A stretch of 64,000 nt of DNA from the NCBI RefSeq assembly GCF_964194025.1, contig NW_027451934.1, forward strand, positions 1-64,000. Reading direction: 5' to 3'. This DNA comes from Convolutriloba macropyga. Lineage: Eukaryota. The notes beneath the pieces were generated by a model that was given only the letters and a program-made list of their open reading frames with translations, had not been told where the DNA came from and did no database searches. A program made the position numbers and the translations under genes. Shown one piece after another: positions 1 through 13,268 of the stretch; positions within the stretch are counted from its first letter, which is position 1; the number at the start of each line of letters is the position of its first letter.

Positions 1-683
1 TGATGTTAGTGGTATATAAACGTTTGAAACCTTTAACTAGTTTCCTTAATTGCTCCATAGATATCAAACTTGGCATTTGGTTAATTCGATTAATTCAAAA
101 GACTAAAACAAGAAAATAAAAAGCTGGCAAAAACTCAAGAACTCATTGAAATTTTGGCAAACGGATTTGTCGGAGAATGGAAACCGTGAATTTATTTTTA
201 GTACATCAATTGCTGTTCGTCCATTAAAGCACAGAAGTATTCCAAATGTTACCGAAAAAGATCATCTGAGAAATAATTCAAAAATTGAAAACAAATGTCG
301 AATTTTGGATATCTATCTTATCGGAGGAAACAAAGTGTTTCAACTGAAATCTTCAACTAATTTCTTTAATAGCTCAATAGACAACAAATTTGACCTTTGT
401 TAATACGGTTAAGTCATAGGACTACAAAAGCTAGAAAAACTCAAGGATTCAATGAAAATTTACCAAACCGATTTGTCGGAGCATGGAAACCACAAGTCTT
501 ATTCAGCAAACCCAATTTTTGTTCTTTGAACGTCACTTGAACATAAATGAGATCTCGTTTTAATTGAGGTTCAAATAATGAAAGACTTCTTTGTAGTTGA
601 TATGAAAAAAATCTTAAAAAAGGCCAATTCAAAATGTGTTTCCAATCTTTTTCTTTGCAAAGTCAATGATTTGACCATAACTG

Positions 684-2862
684 GCCTCGCTATTACTGCT
701 CTGTTGCTAGACCTCGGTGTTGCTGCCCTGTTGCTAGACCTCGGTATTGCTGCTCTGTTGCTAGACCTCGGTATTGCTGCTCTGTTGCTAGACCTCGGTA
801 TTGCTGCTCTGTTGCTAGACCTCGGTATTGCTGCTCTGTTATTAGACCTTGGTATTGCTGCTCTGTTGCTAGACCTCGGTGTTGCTGCTCTGTTGCTAGA
901 CCTCGGTATTGCTGCTCTGTTGCTAGACCTCGGTATTGCTGCTCTGTTGCTAGACCTCGGTATTGCTGCTCTGTTGCTAGACCTTGGTATTGCTGCTCTG
1001 TTGCTAGACCTCGGTATTGCTGCTTTGTTGCTAGACCTCGGTATTGCTGCTCTGTTGCTAGACCTCGGTATTGCTGCTCTGTTGCTAGACCTCGGTATTG
1101 CTGCTCTGTTGCTAGACCTCGGTATTGCTGCTTTGTTGCTAGACCTCGGTATTGCTGCTCTGTTGCTAGACCTCGGTTTTGTTGCTCTGTTGCTAGACCT
1201 TGGTATTGCTGCTCTGTTGCTAGACCTCGGTATTGCTGCTCTGTTGCTAAACCTCGGTATTGCTGCTCTGTTGCTAGACCTCGGTATTGCTGCTCTGTTG
1301 CTAGACTTCGGTATTGCTGCTCTGTTGCCAGGCCTCGCTATTAATGCTCTGTTGCTAGACCTCGGTATTGCTGCTCTGTTGCTAGACCTCGCTATTGCTG
1401 CTCTTTTGCTAGACTTCGGTATTGCTGCTCTGTTGCTAGACCTCGGTATTGCTGCTCTGTTGCTAGACCTCGCTATTACTGCTCTGTTGCTAGACCGCGG
1501 TATTGCTGCTCTGTTGCTAGACCTCGCTATTACTGCTCTGTTGCTAGACCTCAGTATTGCTGCTCTGTTGCTAGACCTTGGTATTGCTGCTCTGTTGCTA
1601 GACCTCGGTATTGCTGCTCTGTTGCTAGACCACAATATTGCTGCTCTGTTGCTAGACCTCGGTTTTGCTGCTCTATTGCCAGACCTCGGTATTGCTTCTC
1701 TGTTGCTATACCTCGCTATTACTGCTCTGTTGCTAGACCTCGGTATTGCTGCTCTGTTGCTAAACCTCGGTATTGCTGCTCTGTTGCTAGACCTTGGTAT
1801 TGCTGCTCTGTTGCTAGACCTCGGTATTGCTGCTCTGTTGCTAGACCTCGCTATTACTGCTCTGTTGCTAGACCGCGGTATTGCTGCTCTGTTGCTAGAC
1901 CTCGCTATTACTGCTCTGTTGCTAGACCTCAGTATTGCTGCTCTGTTGCTAGACCTTGGTATTGCTGCTCTGTTGCTAGACCTCGGTATTGCTGCTCTGT
2001 TGCTAGACCACAATATTGCTGCTCTGTTGCTAGACCTCGGTTTTGCTGCTCTATTGCCAGACCTCGGTATTGCTTCTCTGTTGCTATACCTCGCTATTAC
2101 TGCTCTGTTGCTAGACCTCGGTATTGCTGCTCTGTTGCTAAACCTCGGTATTGCTGCTCTGTTGCTAGACCTTGGTATTGCTGCTCTGTTGCTAGACCTC
2201 GGTATTGCTGCTCTGTTGCTAGACCTCTCTATTACTGCTCTGTTGCTAGACCTCGGTATTGCTGCTCTGTTGCTAGACCTCGCTATTACTGCTCTGTTGT
2301 TAGACCTCGGTATTGCTGCTCTGTTGATAGACCTCATTATTGCTGCTCTGTTGCTAGACCTCGGTTTTGCTGCTCTGTTGCTAGACCTCGGTATTGCTGC
2401 TCTGTTGATAGACCTCGGTATTGCTGCTCTGTTGCTAGACATCGGTATTGCTGCTCTGTTGCTAGACCTCGGTATTGCTGCTCTGTTGATAGACCTCGGT
2501 ATTGCTGCTCTGTTGCTAGACATCGGTTTTGCTGCTCTGCTGCTAGACCTCTCTATTACTGCTCTGTTGCTAGACCTCGGTATTGCTGCTCTGTTGCTAG
2601 ACCTCAGTATTGCTGCTCTTTTGCTAGACCTCGGTATTGCTGCTCTGTTGCTAGACCTCGGTATTGCTGCTCCGTTTCTAGACCTCGCTATTACTGCTCT
2701 GTTGCTAGACCTCGGTATTGCTGCTCTGTTGCTAGACCTCGGTATTGCTGCTCTGTTGCTAGACCTCGGTATTGCTGCTCTGTTGTTAGACCTCGGTATT
2801 GCTGCTCTGTTGCTAGACCTCGGTATTGCTGCTCTGTTGCTAGACCTCAGTATTGCTGCTCG
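684..2862. repeat. 27-bp minisatellite, about 80 copies (CTGTTGCTAGACCTCGGTATTGCTGCT)
   Basis: The unit is directly visible and translates as (LLLDLGIAA)n on + and (SSNRAAIPR)n on -. Rare variants recur 378 bp apart (gaccgcgg, gaccacaat), indicating a 14-unit higher-order duplication. Confidence 0.97.
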
Positions 2863-3937
2863 GCTGATTTGATATGAGGGCCATACTCCCAGTATCGAAT
2901 ACTACTTAAAATTCGTCTCGATCGTTTTTTCACATCTTTCCTTGGTTCACTTTTCGGGCTAGTTGAAATTCGCACTGCGTTCTGATCTGGGGATCGGGCT
3001 GCGAAAATTTAGAGATCGAAGTAGTCTAGCCTCATTGAAAAATGCGCATAGTTCTTCTCGCTCTGTTGCCTTGGTGGTCGCGTGGCACTTTTGTTCGCCC
3101 ATTGTTTGCGATTAAAATAAATTCTCGGAATCGGGTCTTCATCTAAATGGTGATCTGTTTTTGTCATATTTTAGATCTTTTCTATTTGCTTTATTCAAAA
3201 TTTTAGAACTCGTTGTAATAAACGGACTTCCCAAATGAGCTTTGAAAGGTGCTACTCGGTTGTTATTTGTTTGCAAATCCCTACGCGATATTTGAACACT
3301 TGAATCGAATTACTTAAGTTCAAGCGTTTGCTTAAATGTATTTCCATGCAAGATACACGACGTTTAATTGTTCGGATTAGTTGTTCTACAAAGTCAATTG
3401 CTACAAGGATCATTTTCTTGTGCGAATAGGACTTCGAGTTTTTTGCTTTTATAAAAACATTCAAACATTTTGCTGTTAGACTTTTAGCTTGATGGATACT
3501 TAAGGATCTTGGAACTCCGTTGTTGTATATCTTTTTTCTATGAAATTGTTTTACACTTGTTCCAGATTCGTTATTGTTAATTTCAACTATGGGGTAGCGA
3601 TCTACTGCAGTGGGAAAATATTGCTCTTTGTGGGCTTTTCCGTTTTCATTTAACAAGGGGCCTTCAAAATCTGTTTGGTCTTCCTCAATCGGTTCGTTAC
3701 AATTATTTTCAGGTGAGTTGCTGCGCGGAACGAATGATGTTACAATCTTACCAATTTTGTTTCACGCTTTACGATTTCGTTGGCAAATATATCACGATGG
3801 ATATATCACAACCAACAATTTTGAGCTAAGCTCAGCTTAGCCCAGCTCTCGGGTGCGTTGATTGTATATCCTCAATTACCGCATCTTCAATCAACTTCGG
3901 AATAGCAATCCGTTAATCTACAAAGACGGGTTGCTCA

Positions 3938-4391
3938 TCATACAAATTTCCTATTAGTCATACTAGGTCATATATGATTCCTAGTAATCATACTAGGTCA
4001 TATATGATTTGTATGATTTCCTAGTAGTCATACAAGGATCATACAAAATATCAAACTTTACACTAATAAGCTTAATTTAATACGGCCTAAACAACTGACA
4101 CCAGAAAAACAGGATAATTGCAGCCATTCTATAAGAACAAAAAAAATAGTTTTCCTTGTAATCATACTAGGTCATATATGATTTGTATGATTTCCTAGTA
4201 ATCATACAAGGATCATACAAATTTTTTTAATGGCGCAACGCAATCGTAATGTTAAAAGAGACTTTCATTGAGAAGAACAAACACCATAAATAGCGTTGGC
4301 AAACCTTAGCAAAGCAAAAAAAATGGACATTTCTTTGTAATCATACTAGGTCATATATGATTTGTATGATTTCCTAGTAGTCATACAAGGA
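3938..4391. repeat. Cluster of palindromic short repeats (TCATACTAGGTCATATATGATTTGTATGATTTCCTAGTA), probable subterminal repeats
   Basis: About four copies near 3958, 3988, 4162 and 4341, with internal palindromes TCATATATGA and TCATAC/GTATGA. Confidence 0.75.
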
Positions 4392-4559
4392 ACATTAAAA
4401 AATTTCAAAAGTTTTATTTAAGCTGTCAAATTGCGTTTTTTCAGCTTCCTGTAAAACATTAATGGGGACGAAGTCACAGTTACAGCAAATCAAGAGTTCT
4501 CAGCCAATGGATTTTTCAATCCAATGAAAAAAAGTGGTTTTTGAATTAACCTTAGCCAT

Positions 4560-7020
4560 CTCTCATTAGAGATGGTTTATTTTCACAAGCTGTATTTGAA
4601 CGTTAGAATAAAAATTTGTGTATAATGTAACCCATAATATTAACCAACATGCCATTATTAAATCAGATCTTTATCAGTGAAGGGCTTTTCAACAGGTATT
4701 GACATGCGTTTTTACATAATTTCACCTGAAAGTTATAAAAACTGTCGGTTTTTAAAGTTGTTTAGGTTAATTAGTAAGCAAAGATTGAACCAAACGAGCT
4801 CAATCTAACCGCAAACGTTTGATAATATTTTTGTTGTTACTACGTACACTTTTTGCGTGGTTCTGGACGATTGGTTGTTGATCAAATTAAAAAAAAATTG
4901 AGTAAGCGCAAAATTTAGTGATAATTCATTAAACAGTGTTTTGTATCTTTAAGGATATGCTATTAATGAAAATGTCTGCATGCTCAATGTTTTGGTTCAG
5001 TTTATGTTTTCTTAGAATGCATTAAGTACACGTCATAACAAATCACCATCACCTCCAAAAATGGCGAAAATTCTGATTTTTTAGATGATTTCTCTTTTTA
5101 AATTGGTTCACATTAAAAAATTTACTGTATTCGAACAATAGAATAAAAATTTGTGTATCATAAAACCCACCAAGTTAAAAAATTTGTCATTATTGAAGCC
5201 AGGTCTTCATCAGTGAAGGGCTTTTAAACGGTTTTTGATATGTGTTTTTACATAAATTCACCTGAGAGTTTAAAAAGATTATCGATGCTTTAGGTTGTTT
5301 AGGTTAATTAATCAACAAGGACAAAACCAAATGAGCTCAACAGAACTGCAAAAGCTTGATTGTAGCCCTGATGTTAATGGATACACCTATTCAAGTGGTT
5401 CCTAATAATTTGTTGTTGATCAATTTATTGAAAACTTTGAATAAGTGCAAAGTTAAGTGATACTTCATTAAACAGTTTTTTACAAATCTTTATGGTCACG
5501 CCATTAGTGTGAATGACTATATGCTCATTTCTGCTAACACAATCTATTTTTGGACACATTAAATAACACTCATTATAATTAAACATCGATCTAAGAAATA
5601 GCAAATACTCTAATTTTTCAACTGCTTTTCCTGTGTAATTCAGTTAAACTTACAAAAGTGCTGCACTCGATCAGTAAAACTTAAATTATTGTATGAAAAC
5701 CAACCAATTTAAAACCATAACACCATGAAAGCCAGAGGACTATCAATCAATGGCTATTCGACGTTTGTTGTAGTGCGTTCTCGCATAATAACAGCTGTAA
5801 GTTTAAAAATTTTTTATGTTTAAAGTGGTTCTAAGTTATTTAGTCAGCAACCATCTGACCAAATGAGCTCATCATTGCAACAAGCGCTTAGCAAAAACGC
5901 CATTAGTGCTGCTGATACCCGTGTGTTTTGTTACTAATGAGTGGTTGTTGATAATTTTAGTAGAAAATTTAAACGAGTGCAAAGTTGAATGAAAATTTGT
6001 TAAACAGTTTTATTCGTATCTTTACGGTTACGCTATCAAATTGTATAATTGATTGCTCAGTGTACTGCTCTTTTAATACGGTTTTTGGAATGCATGAGGT
6101 AACGGCCATTATAAATGAGTGTTCTTTTCGAAAATGGCAAATATTCCTATTTTTTAACGGCTTTTTTTTTAATTCGGTTCAACTAACAAAAAATTACCGT
6201 ATTTGAACGTTAGAATTACATTTTTCCTATCATTTAGCACTACATTCGAGCAATCATGCCATAGTTAAAGCCGGATATTAATCATTGTTGGGCTTTTCAT
6301 AGTTTTTTGACACTCTTTTTTAAAAAAATATCAGCTGAAAATTAAAAAATTATCGACGTTTGAAGTTGTTTATCCTTATTAATCAGCAATCACTGAACCA
6401 AATGAGCTCAACATAGGCGCAAACGCTTGATACTGACCTTGTCGTTTCTGCATACACATGCTTGCGTGGTTAATAATGAGGGGTGATTGATAAATTTGTT
6501 GAAAACTTTGAACAAGTGCAATGTTGAGTGATGCTCAATTTAACTTATTCGTTAGTATCTTTACGGTTACGCTATCGATACACATGTCTGTATGCTTGTT
6601 GTCTTGCTCATTTATTCTGCTTTTTAGGGTGCATCTAGTACAAATCAAAACGTTTGATTTTCATGTTAAAAAATGATGAATACTCTGACTCTTTTCTTTT
6701 TTTCAACTGCTCTTTCTGTTTAATTCGGTTGAACTTAAAAAATGGTGTATTCAAACTGCAGAATTCAATTTTTCGTATCATGTAACTCTGCAATTTATCA
6801 AGCATGTCATAGTGGAGGCTAGAGATCCACCAATAAAAGTTTAATCAACGTTTTTCGATGTGCACTGCTACATAATATCACCTGAGAGTTTAAAAAATTC
6901 ATTATGTTTAAAGTTGATTGCATTAATTAGTCAGCAACCACTGAACCAAATAAGCTCGTCATTGTCGCAATCGCTTGGTATTGAGCACCTAGTTACTGCT
7001 AATACGTGTATTCAATGTAA
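4560..7020. repeat. Degenerate tandem array, ~540-bp unit, about 5 copies
   Basis: The anchor ccaaatGAGCTC(a) recurs at ~4796, 5333, 5865, 6404 and 6952; gtatt(t/c)gaac..tagaat recurs with the same spacing. Confidence 0.8.
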
Positions 7021-7249
7021 CTTTTTAGTGGCTTGTGGCAATTTTAGTGTAAACTGGAAAAAAACACTAATACCTCGAATTCTGTGGTGCTCGAATTTTC
7101 GGTATGATAAAACAGTTGTACTGGTTGTTTTTAATGGTTAATGAAGTGACAGTAACATGTCCTGAGTTCACCCATAGCATTTTTCAGTGCGTTTCTTGCC
7201 CGGAACATGTCAAATTTCCCTCTGTAGCAGTGTAACTACCCATTTTGAG

Positions 7250-8680
7250 GTGTTTGGTACCAAATGTGAATTTTGGAGTTTCTCGTTGTAGAGTTGTTCA
7301 ATTGTGTTGTATTATAGCTTGTTTTACTCCTTATTAGCCGGGGAATCCGCCAAGCAGGTGGTGCATATACGTTTTCTGGGGTCTTGGTGCCGAATTTTGC
7401 CTCTGCAGGTGGTGCACACCCTATATATGTTGTTTTAGTACCAAATGTGAATTTTGGAGTTTCTCATCGTAGAGTTGTTCAATTTTGTTGTACTATAGCT
7501 TGTTTTACTCCTTATTAGCCGGAGAAACCGCCAAGCAGGTGGTGCATATACGTTTTCCGGGGTCTTGGTGCCGAATTTTGCCTCTGCAGGTGGTGCACAC
7601 CCTATATATATGTTGTTTTGGTACCAAATGTGAATTTTGGAGTTTCTCATCGAAGAGTTGTTCAATTTTGTTGTACTATAGCTTGTTTTACTCCTTATTA
7701 GCCGTGCAAATCGCAACGCAGGTGGTGCATATACGTTTTCTGGGGTCTTGGGTCTGAATTTTGCCTCTGCAGGGGGTGCACCCCCCTGTGGGGTTTGGGG
7801 GGGTACCAAACGTGTATTTTGGAATTTCTCATCTTACAAAGGTCCAAATTTGATGTATTATAGGTTATTACACCCCTTGTTATATGTAGAAACTATTTAC
7901 TAGGTGCTGAATATGGGTTTTCAGCGGTCTTGGTGCTGAATTTTGACTCTGCAGGTGGTGCACCCCCCTGTGGGGTTGGGGGGGTACCAAACGTGTATTT
8001 TGGAATTTCTCATCGTACAAAGGTCCAAATTTGATGTATTATAGGTTATTACACCCCTTGTTATATGTAGAAACTATATACTAGGTGCTGAATATGGGTT
8101 TTCAGCGGTCTTGGTGCTGAATTTTGACTCTGCAGGTGGTGCACCCCCCTGTGGGGTTTGGGGGGTACCAAACGTGTATTATGTAATTTCTCATCCTATA
8201 TTCGTCCAATTTCGATGTCATATGGCCTGTTACACCCCTTTTCAACTGTAGGAACTAATGATCAGGTGCTGTATATAGGGTTTCAGCTGTCTTGGGGGTG
8301 AATTTTGACTCTGCAGGTGGTGCAACCCCAGGGGGGGGGGGTCTGGGGGCACCAAAAGTGTATTATGTAATTACTTATCCTATATTGGTCCAATTTCGAT
8401 GTCATATGGCCTGTTACACCCCTTTTTAACTGTAGGAACTAATGATCAGGTGCTGTATATAGGGTTTCAGCTGTCTTGGGGGTGAATTTTGCCTCTGCAG
8501 GGTGTGCAACCACCTGGGGACTGGGGGAGTGTAACAAAGGTGCATTTTGAAATTGTTCATTGTAAAACAGTCCAAAATTGATGTACTATGGCGTGTTGCA
8601 CTCTAAGTTAGATGTAGAAACTAATGATTGGGTGCTGTATATAGCATTTCATTTGTCTAGCGGACGCATTTTGCCAATGC
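7250..8680. repeat. Tandem array, ~182-bp unit, about 8 copies
   Basis: The taccaaa anchor occurs at 7258, 7439, 7622, 7804, 7985, 8166 and ~8350. Neighbouring copies are most alike. Confidence 0.92.
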
Positions 8681-8900
8681 CTTGTGAATCATTCCAGCAC
8701 ACCCCATATGCCCTATTTTGGCCCGTATTTATGTTGTCTCAATGTTAGTTCTTTTCAGCGGTAGGTGTCTCCCCAGCTGCACCCGTCGTGGCAGCGCCCA
8801 ATAATGTGATCGGCGATCATAGGGCTCAAAATTTGTAGGTTAGGGTAAAAGAAAGTTTTTTTTATCCAAATTAAATAAAGGCCTTTTCTTCAGTTGAAAC

Positions 8901-9413
8901 ATGCACGATTTATTTAAGCTGTATAAAGTAGGTCTGATCGGGGATTCGCATGTTGTAAGAATGAAGCCATATATACCAGGCTACATCAAAGTCATTGCTC
9001 GAGGAGGTGAACAAGCGAAAAATCTGCGATATTACCAGGAAGAGATAAAGGATCTTGATATTCTTGTAGTGCTAATTGGCGGGAATGATATAACAACCCG
9101 TCAAGGAACCGAGGGTAGATCAATCAAAGAGTTAACTGACGATATCAAGTCTTTGGTTGATTATGCGGACAGTATTGGCGTCAAAGCATTAACTTGTGAT
9201 TTAATTCCTCGGGCGAATAACAGCAGAGGAACATCTTTCTCGGACCAGAGGCTGCTTAAAAGGATGAAGAAACGGCATATAAGGTTGAAGTTTGACTTCG
9301 TCATTGGAAAGGACAAAGTTCACTTGACGAATTATGAGGAGTTCTGGCTATACCTATATCGAAAAACTGTCATTCGTTCAATTGTTGCAATTGTCTATGA
9401 TGGTTGTAAATAG
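8901..9413 (+). CDS. SGNH/GDSL-family hydrolase (esterase-like), transposon cargo
   Basis: Block I LIGDSH, block II RGG, block III VLIGGNDI and block V DKVHL. A pyrimidine-CAG acceptor lies 7 nt before the ATG. Confidence 0.8.
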   Translation: MHDLFKLYKVGLIGDSHVVRMKPYIPGYIKVIARGGEQAKNLRYYQEEIKDLDILVVLIGGNDITTRQGTEGRSIKELTDDIKSLVDYADSIGVKALTCDLIPRANNSRGTSFSDQRLLKRMKKRHIRLKFDFVIGKDKVHLTNYEEFWLYLYRKTVIRSIVAIVYDGCK

Positions 9414-9639
9414 AAATTAGAAAAATACTTTGTTGCTTGACTTTTAAAATTGATTTGACTTGACTGATAATTCTAAGCCCAATTGTGGCCTCCTGACTTA
9501 TTTTGTTGTGAATGCGATGTTGTTAACTTGATGCCTTCTAAATTTTCCTTTGACACTTTGCATTTCGATTAAAAAAACCTTTTGCAATCTGAATTCATAT
9601 AAATGATCCATGTTTTGTTTTCTCTCAACCTTTAAAATC

Positions 9640-10480
9640 AGCAACCAGTTTAGTGAAATGAAGCACCGAGAGTGGTGCTCATCTTTCCTGTGAAGTCATT
9701 GAGCCGAAAGGGTACCCTTCTATTCGTATCTGGTGAGACAACCAAAAACAGATGAAAGATATATAAGACGCAAAAAATTTCTTTAGTAATCATTTTAACT
9801 TCAACCAGTTAGCTAAGCCACATGTCTGGTGGATTGAGCACCGAGAGTGGTGCCCACAAGGCTTGTGGCGTTGAACGAACTATCCACGGGCTCCTCATTT
9901 TTATCTCTGCTGTACAAACTAATAACACATAAAAGATATAAGACAAAAAAAAATTTCTCTAGGAATCATTTTTAAGCTCAACCAGTTAGCTTAGCCACAT
10001 GTCTGGTGGATTGAGCACCGAGAGTGGTGCCCACGAGACTTGTGGCGTTCAACGAACTAACCACGGGCTCCTCATTTTTATCTCTGCTGTACAAACTAAT
10101 AACACATGAAAGATATAAGACAAAAAAATTATCTAGGAATGATTTTTAACCTCAACCAGTTAGCTAAGCCACATGTCTGGTGGATTGAGCACCGAGAGTG
10201 GTGCCCACAAGGCTTGTGGCGTTGAATGAACTATCCACGGGCTCCTCATTTTTAACTCTGCTGTAGAAACTAATAACACATGAAAGATATAAGACAAAAA
10301 AAACTTCTTTAGGAATCATTTTTAACCTCAACCAGTCAGCTAAGCCGCATATCTGGTGGATTGAGCACGGAAAGGGGTACCCACAAGGCTTTTGGCGTTG
10401 TGTTTATTGTGCAAACTGCCCCCACCCGCATTTAGATCCCTGTTGTATCAACCAATAACATATGAAAGTTATGAGTCGCG
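9640..10480. repeat. Tandem array, ~176-bp unit, about 5 copies, containing the palindrome AGCACC-N6-GGTGC
   Basis: The motif occurs at 9662, 9837, 10014, 10188 and 10364. Confidence 0.92.
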
Positions 10481-10575
10481 GGAAGTTTCTTACTTGAATT
10501 CCTGAATTCTTGAAATAGTGTTTTAATCCGCATTTTAGATCGATATTGTAACAACCTTTTTGTCCGATAAAGGAG

Positions 10576-10914
10576 ATGGAAATGCCAAAATCCGATTGCG
10601 CTGAGAGTGAGCTGTCAAAGGCTTGGAAAATGTTGTGGCTGTTTGTGGAGAAAGGGAAACTTCAGCCTTTTCTCATTTCTTACAACAGTGTGATGTGGCC
10701 GCTGGAGCTGTCAATAAATGACAAAGTTAAACTCCGTTATTATTGCCCGACTGACGTCAAGCTGGTCCACCAATCCAGGAAGATCGATTGCACCCTAAAG
10801 GTTGTAATAAATAAGAGCACGGGTGACGATGTCTTGAGGGCAATCAATAATGTAAAGGATGATGGAGAATCAAGCGAACATGGCCACGTTGAATCTCAAC
10901 TAGATGATAAATGA
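10576..10914 (+). CDS. Hypothetical protein; paralog of the N-terminal domain of the 11628 gene
   Basis: MLWLFVEKGKLQPFLISYNSVMWP aligns with LMWVFVKKGDQNPILIAYNSVMWP. Confidence 0.7.
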   Translation: MEMPKSDCAESELSKAWKMLWLFVEKGKLQPFLISYNSVMWPLELSINDKVKLRYYCPTDVKLVHQSRKIDCTLKVVINKSTGDDVLRAINNVKDDGESSEHGHVESQLDDK

Positions 10915-11319
10915 GTTTTGCAAAGAATTGCGCCAAGATATGTTTACGTTAAAAAACCCAAGAAGTATGATTTGCTGGTCATTTTTGCTTCGACTAATTT
11001 TCTGCTTTGTTCAATGTGAACCCTTTGTACCTACTCTGTGATACTACATTTTCGTTTGAAACAGGATAAGTTTCATTTCAATCATGTTTTTATACGTTAA
11101 TTGAAAGGATTATAGCATCTCCTAGCCCCTAAAAGTTTCTGGTTACTGACATCATGTGCATGTCTCTGGTATCAAGCAGTAACGTACATACAATATTTGA
11201 GTACCAAATATTTAAAGGAATTGGTTTCAAGCTTCAACCAATTAAACAAGCCGAAAGTTTTTCTTGATTTGCTTACGTTTCGGTTTTCGGAAGTTCAAAA
11301 GTGAACGATTGAATTAAGT

Positions 11320-11570
11320 CAAAGGTCTAGTGGATTGAAGCACCGAAAGTGGTGCTCACGAGACTTGTGGCTTAAATTGAGCCAACCGCGCGCGCCTCAT
11401 TTTTATCCCTGATGTATCAACCAATGAACCATGAAAGATAAAAGACGCAAAAATGTTCGTACGGAGATTTTTAACCTCAACAAGTCAGCTAAGCCACAAG
11501 TCTGGTGGATTGAGCACCGAAAGTGGTGCCCACAAGGCTTGTGGCGTTGAATGAACTACCCAACGATTAA
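11320..11570. repeat. Two further copies of the ~176-bp unit
   Basis: The motif occurs at 11339 and 11513 with the same flanks (gctaagccac, cacaaggcttgtggcgttga). Confidence 0.85.
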
Positions 11571-11627
11571 GCAAAAAATCAGCAAATAATCAGTGTGAGC
11601 ATTTTTAATCAATTTTGTAGATCAAAA

Positions 11628-12731
11628 ATGATGCGATCAAATCGAGTTAATAAAGGAATTTTGTCTCAAAATTTTGACAATTTTGACAATGATCTAATGA
11701 AAGAGGCACGGAGTCTGATGTGGGTGTTCGTGAAAAAAGGGGACCAGAATCCTATACTAATTGCATACAACAGTGTCATGTGGCCGACTGAAATGACCAC
11801 TCGACAAAAAGTCAATTTGAAAAATCGCCCGACGAAGACGAAGGTCACGCTTCTTTACGAAAATAGAGAGATCGAGTGCTCTCTAAGTGTTGTCCTTAAT
11901 AAGAATGCGATGTCTGATGCTATGGAATTTATACATCAGAAAATGGTTGACGCTGAAGGACAATTGATCGATGTTAGTTATTATGGATCTCAGCCGTCAC
12001 CATCACCAGCCAGATCTAGCCTTAAAAGGCCTAGCACCTAACCAGGGAAACCCAAGTCGAAAAAGAGCATCACATTTGTTCCAAACACTTATGAGCCCTC
12101 AATATCGCTCAATGCTACGGTAGAAGAAAATAGTTCTGAGAACTATTGCACGCAAAAGGACATTCGGACACCAACCGGGAGCTCGGGTCACTTCGAAAAC
12201 GATATTTCCGATATAATTGACGTTGTGGACGAGAAGTTGCGAAAGATCATTGCCGTTCAAGAGGAGCATGCAAGAAAAATAACCCTTGAGAACAACAGAT
12301 TCAGGACAAGATTTGCTGAGCTGTACAAGAAACAACGGGGTGATCAAACCCCAGTTCCCGTTGTCTCGTCATCTGCAGATCCTCTGATGTTCGGAGAACT
12401 GGACTTGATGTCTCTAATAACTCCTATAGGAGGACCGTCTGCATTCGAACGTCTTTTAGCCGCAACAATTTTTGGTGCCGATGACAAATGTGAGCTAATC
12501 CATCAAAGGCTGGGAGTAAAAATTAGGAAGAATAACTGTCTCACTTCGGCTAATGCTGAAAAAGAAGCCCTTTTCAGAGAATGCGTAGGACGATTTTATT
12601 GCAGCGACACTGCAAATGCCCTCAAGGAAGCTGTACGAGGTGCAAATCAGTACGGCACCGACATGAAAACGAGATACGTAAAGGCAACTGAAAATGACGA
12701 GAACGTAGATCCGAACAATGTTTCAGTTTGA
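11628..12731 (+). pseudogene. BEN-like domain protein with one premature stop (TAA at 12039-12041)
   Basis: ORFs 11595 and 12225 share a frame that is open between them except for one stop. The C-terminal GPSAFERLLAATIFG...LFRECVGRFY...AVRGANQ resembles a BEN helical domain, preceded by a coiled coil. Confidence 0.6.
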
Positions 12732-13268
12732 AAAACTTGACTTTGCTTTAGAGGCCGAGTGTGGTCTCAGAACCGAACTTTCTATTCTTTTATTTGTTTC
12801 GGCGGCTTGCTCAGTTTTGATATGTAAGTTTGAAAGCCAGTAAGTAAGCAGTGCTCTTATTTATAGCGTTGTATGTTAATTTTTGTTTACTTTGAAAGGA
12901 ATTTGTATCCTGTTTTCCATGATTCTGTATATTCAAGAAGTTAACAATCTAAAATTGAGCCCCTTTTTGATTAGCAAAGCGAAAATTCAACATCGGAGAC
13001 TCCTGTGCAATTATAAAAACTTGAATAGGGTTTTAGAAATTAGCGCTCTATCTTGAGAACTGTTGCTAGTGCAATGAAGCACCGACTGTGGTGCTCACTA
13101 GTTATCAAATTTGGTTTCTGAGAAATATTATTAGGGCAATGAAGCACCGGTTGTGGTGCTCACTAATTATCAATTTTGGTTCTTAGGGTCTTTTTATTAC
13201 GGTTTTTTAGATGGGTTTCAGCTGGGGATATTTTTAAAATGAGTTTTTACCGGTTTTAGATACACACC

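Noticed and set aside
571-2872. 764-aa (+) and 650-aa (-) ORFs as real proteins
   Set aside because: They are by-products of a stop-free 27-bp repeat, with no non-repetitive domain or other coding evidence.
7435-7809. ORFs 7435-7809 and 7485-7757
   Set aside because: They are translations of the 182-bp tandem repeat.
9640-10480. CRISPR-like array of palindromic repeats
   Set aside because: Whole ~176-bp units repeat with no unique spacers, there are no cas genes, and the context is eukaryotic.
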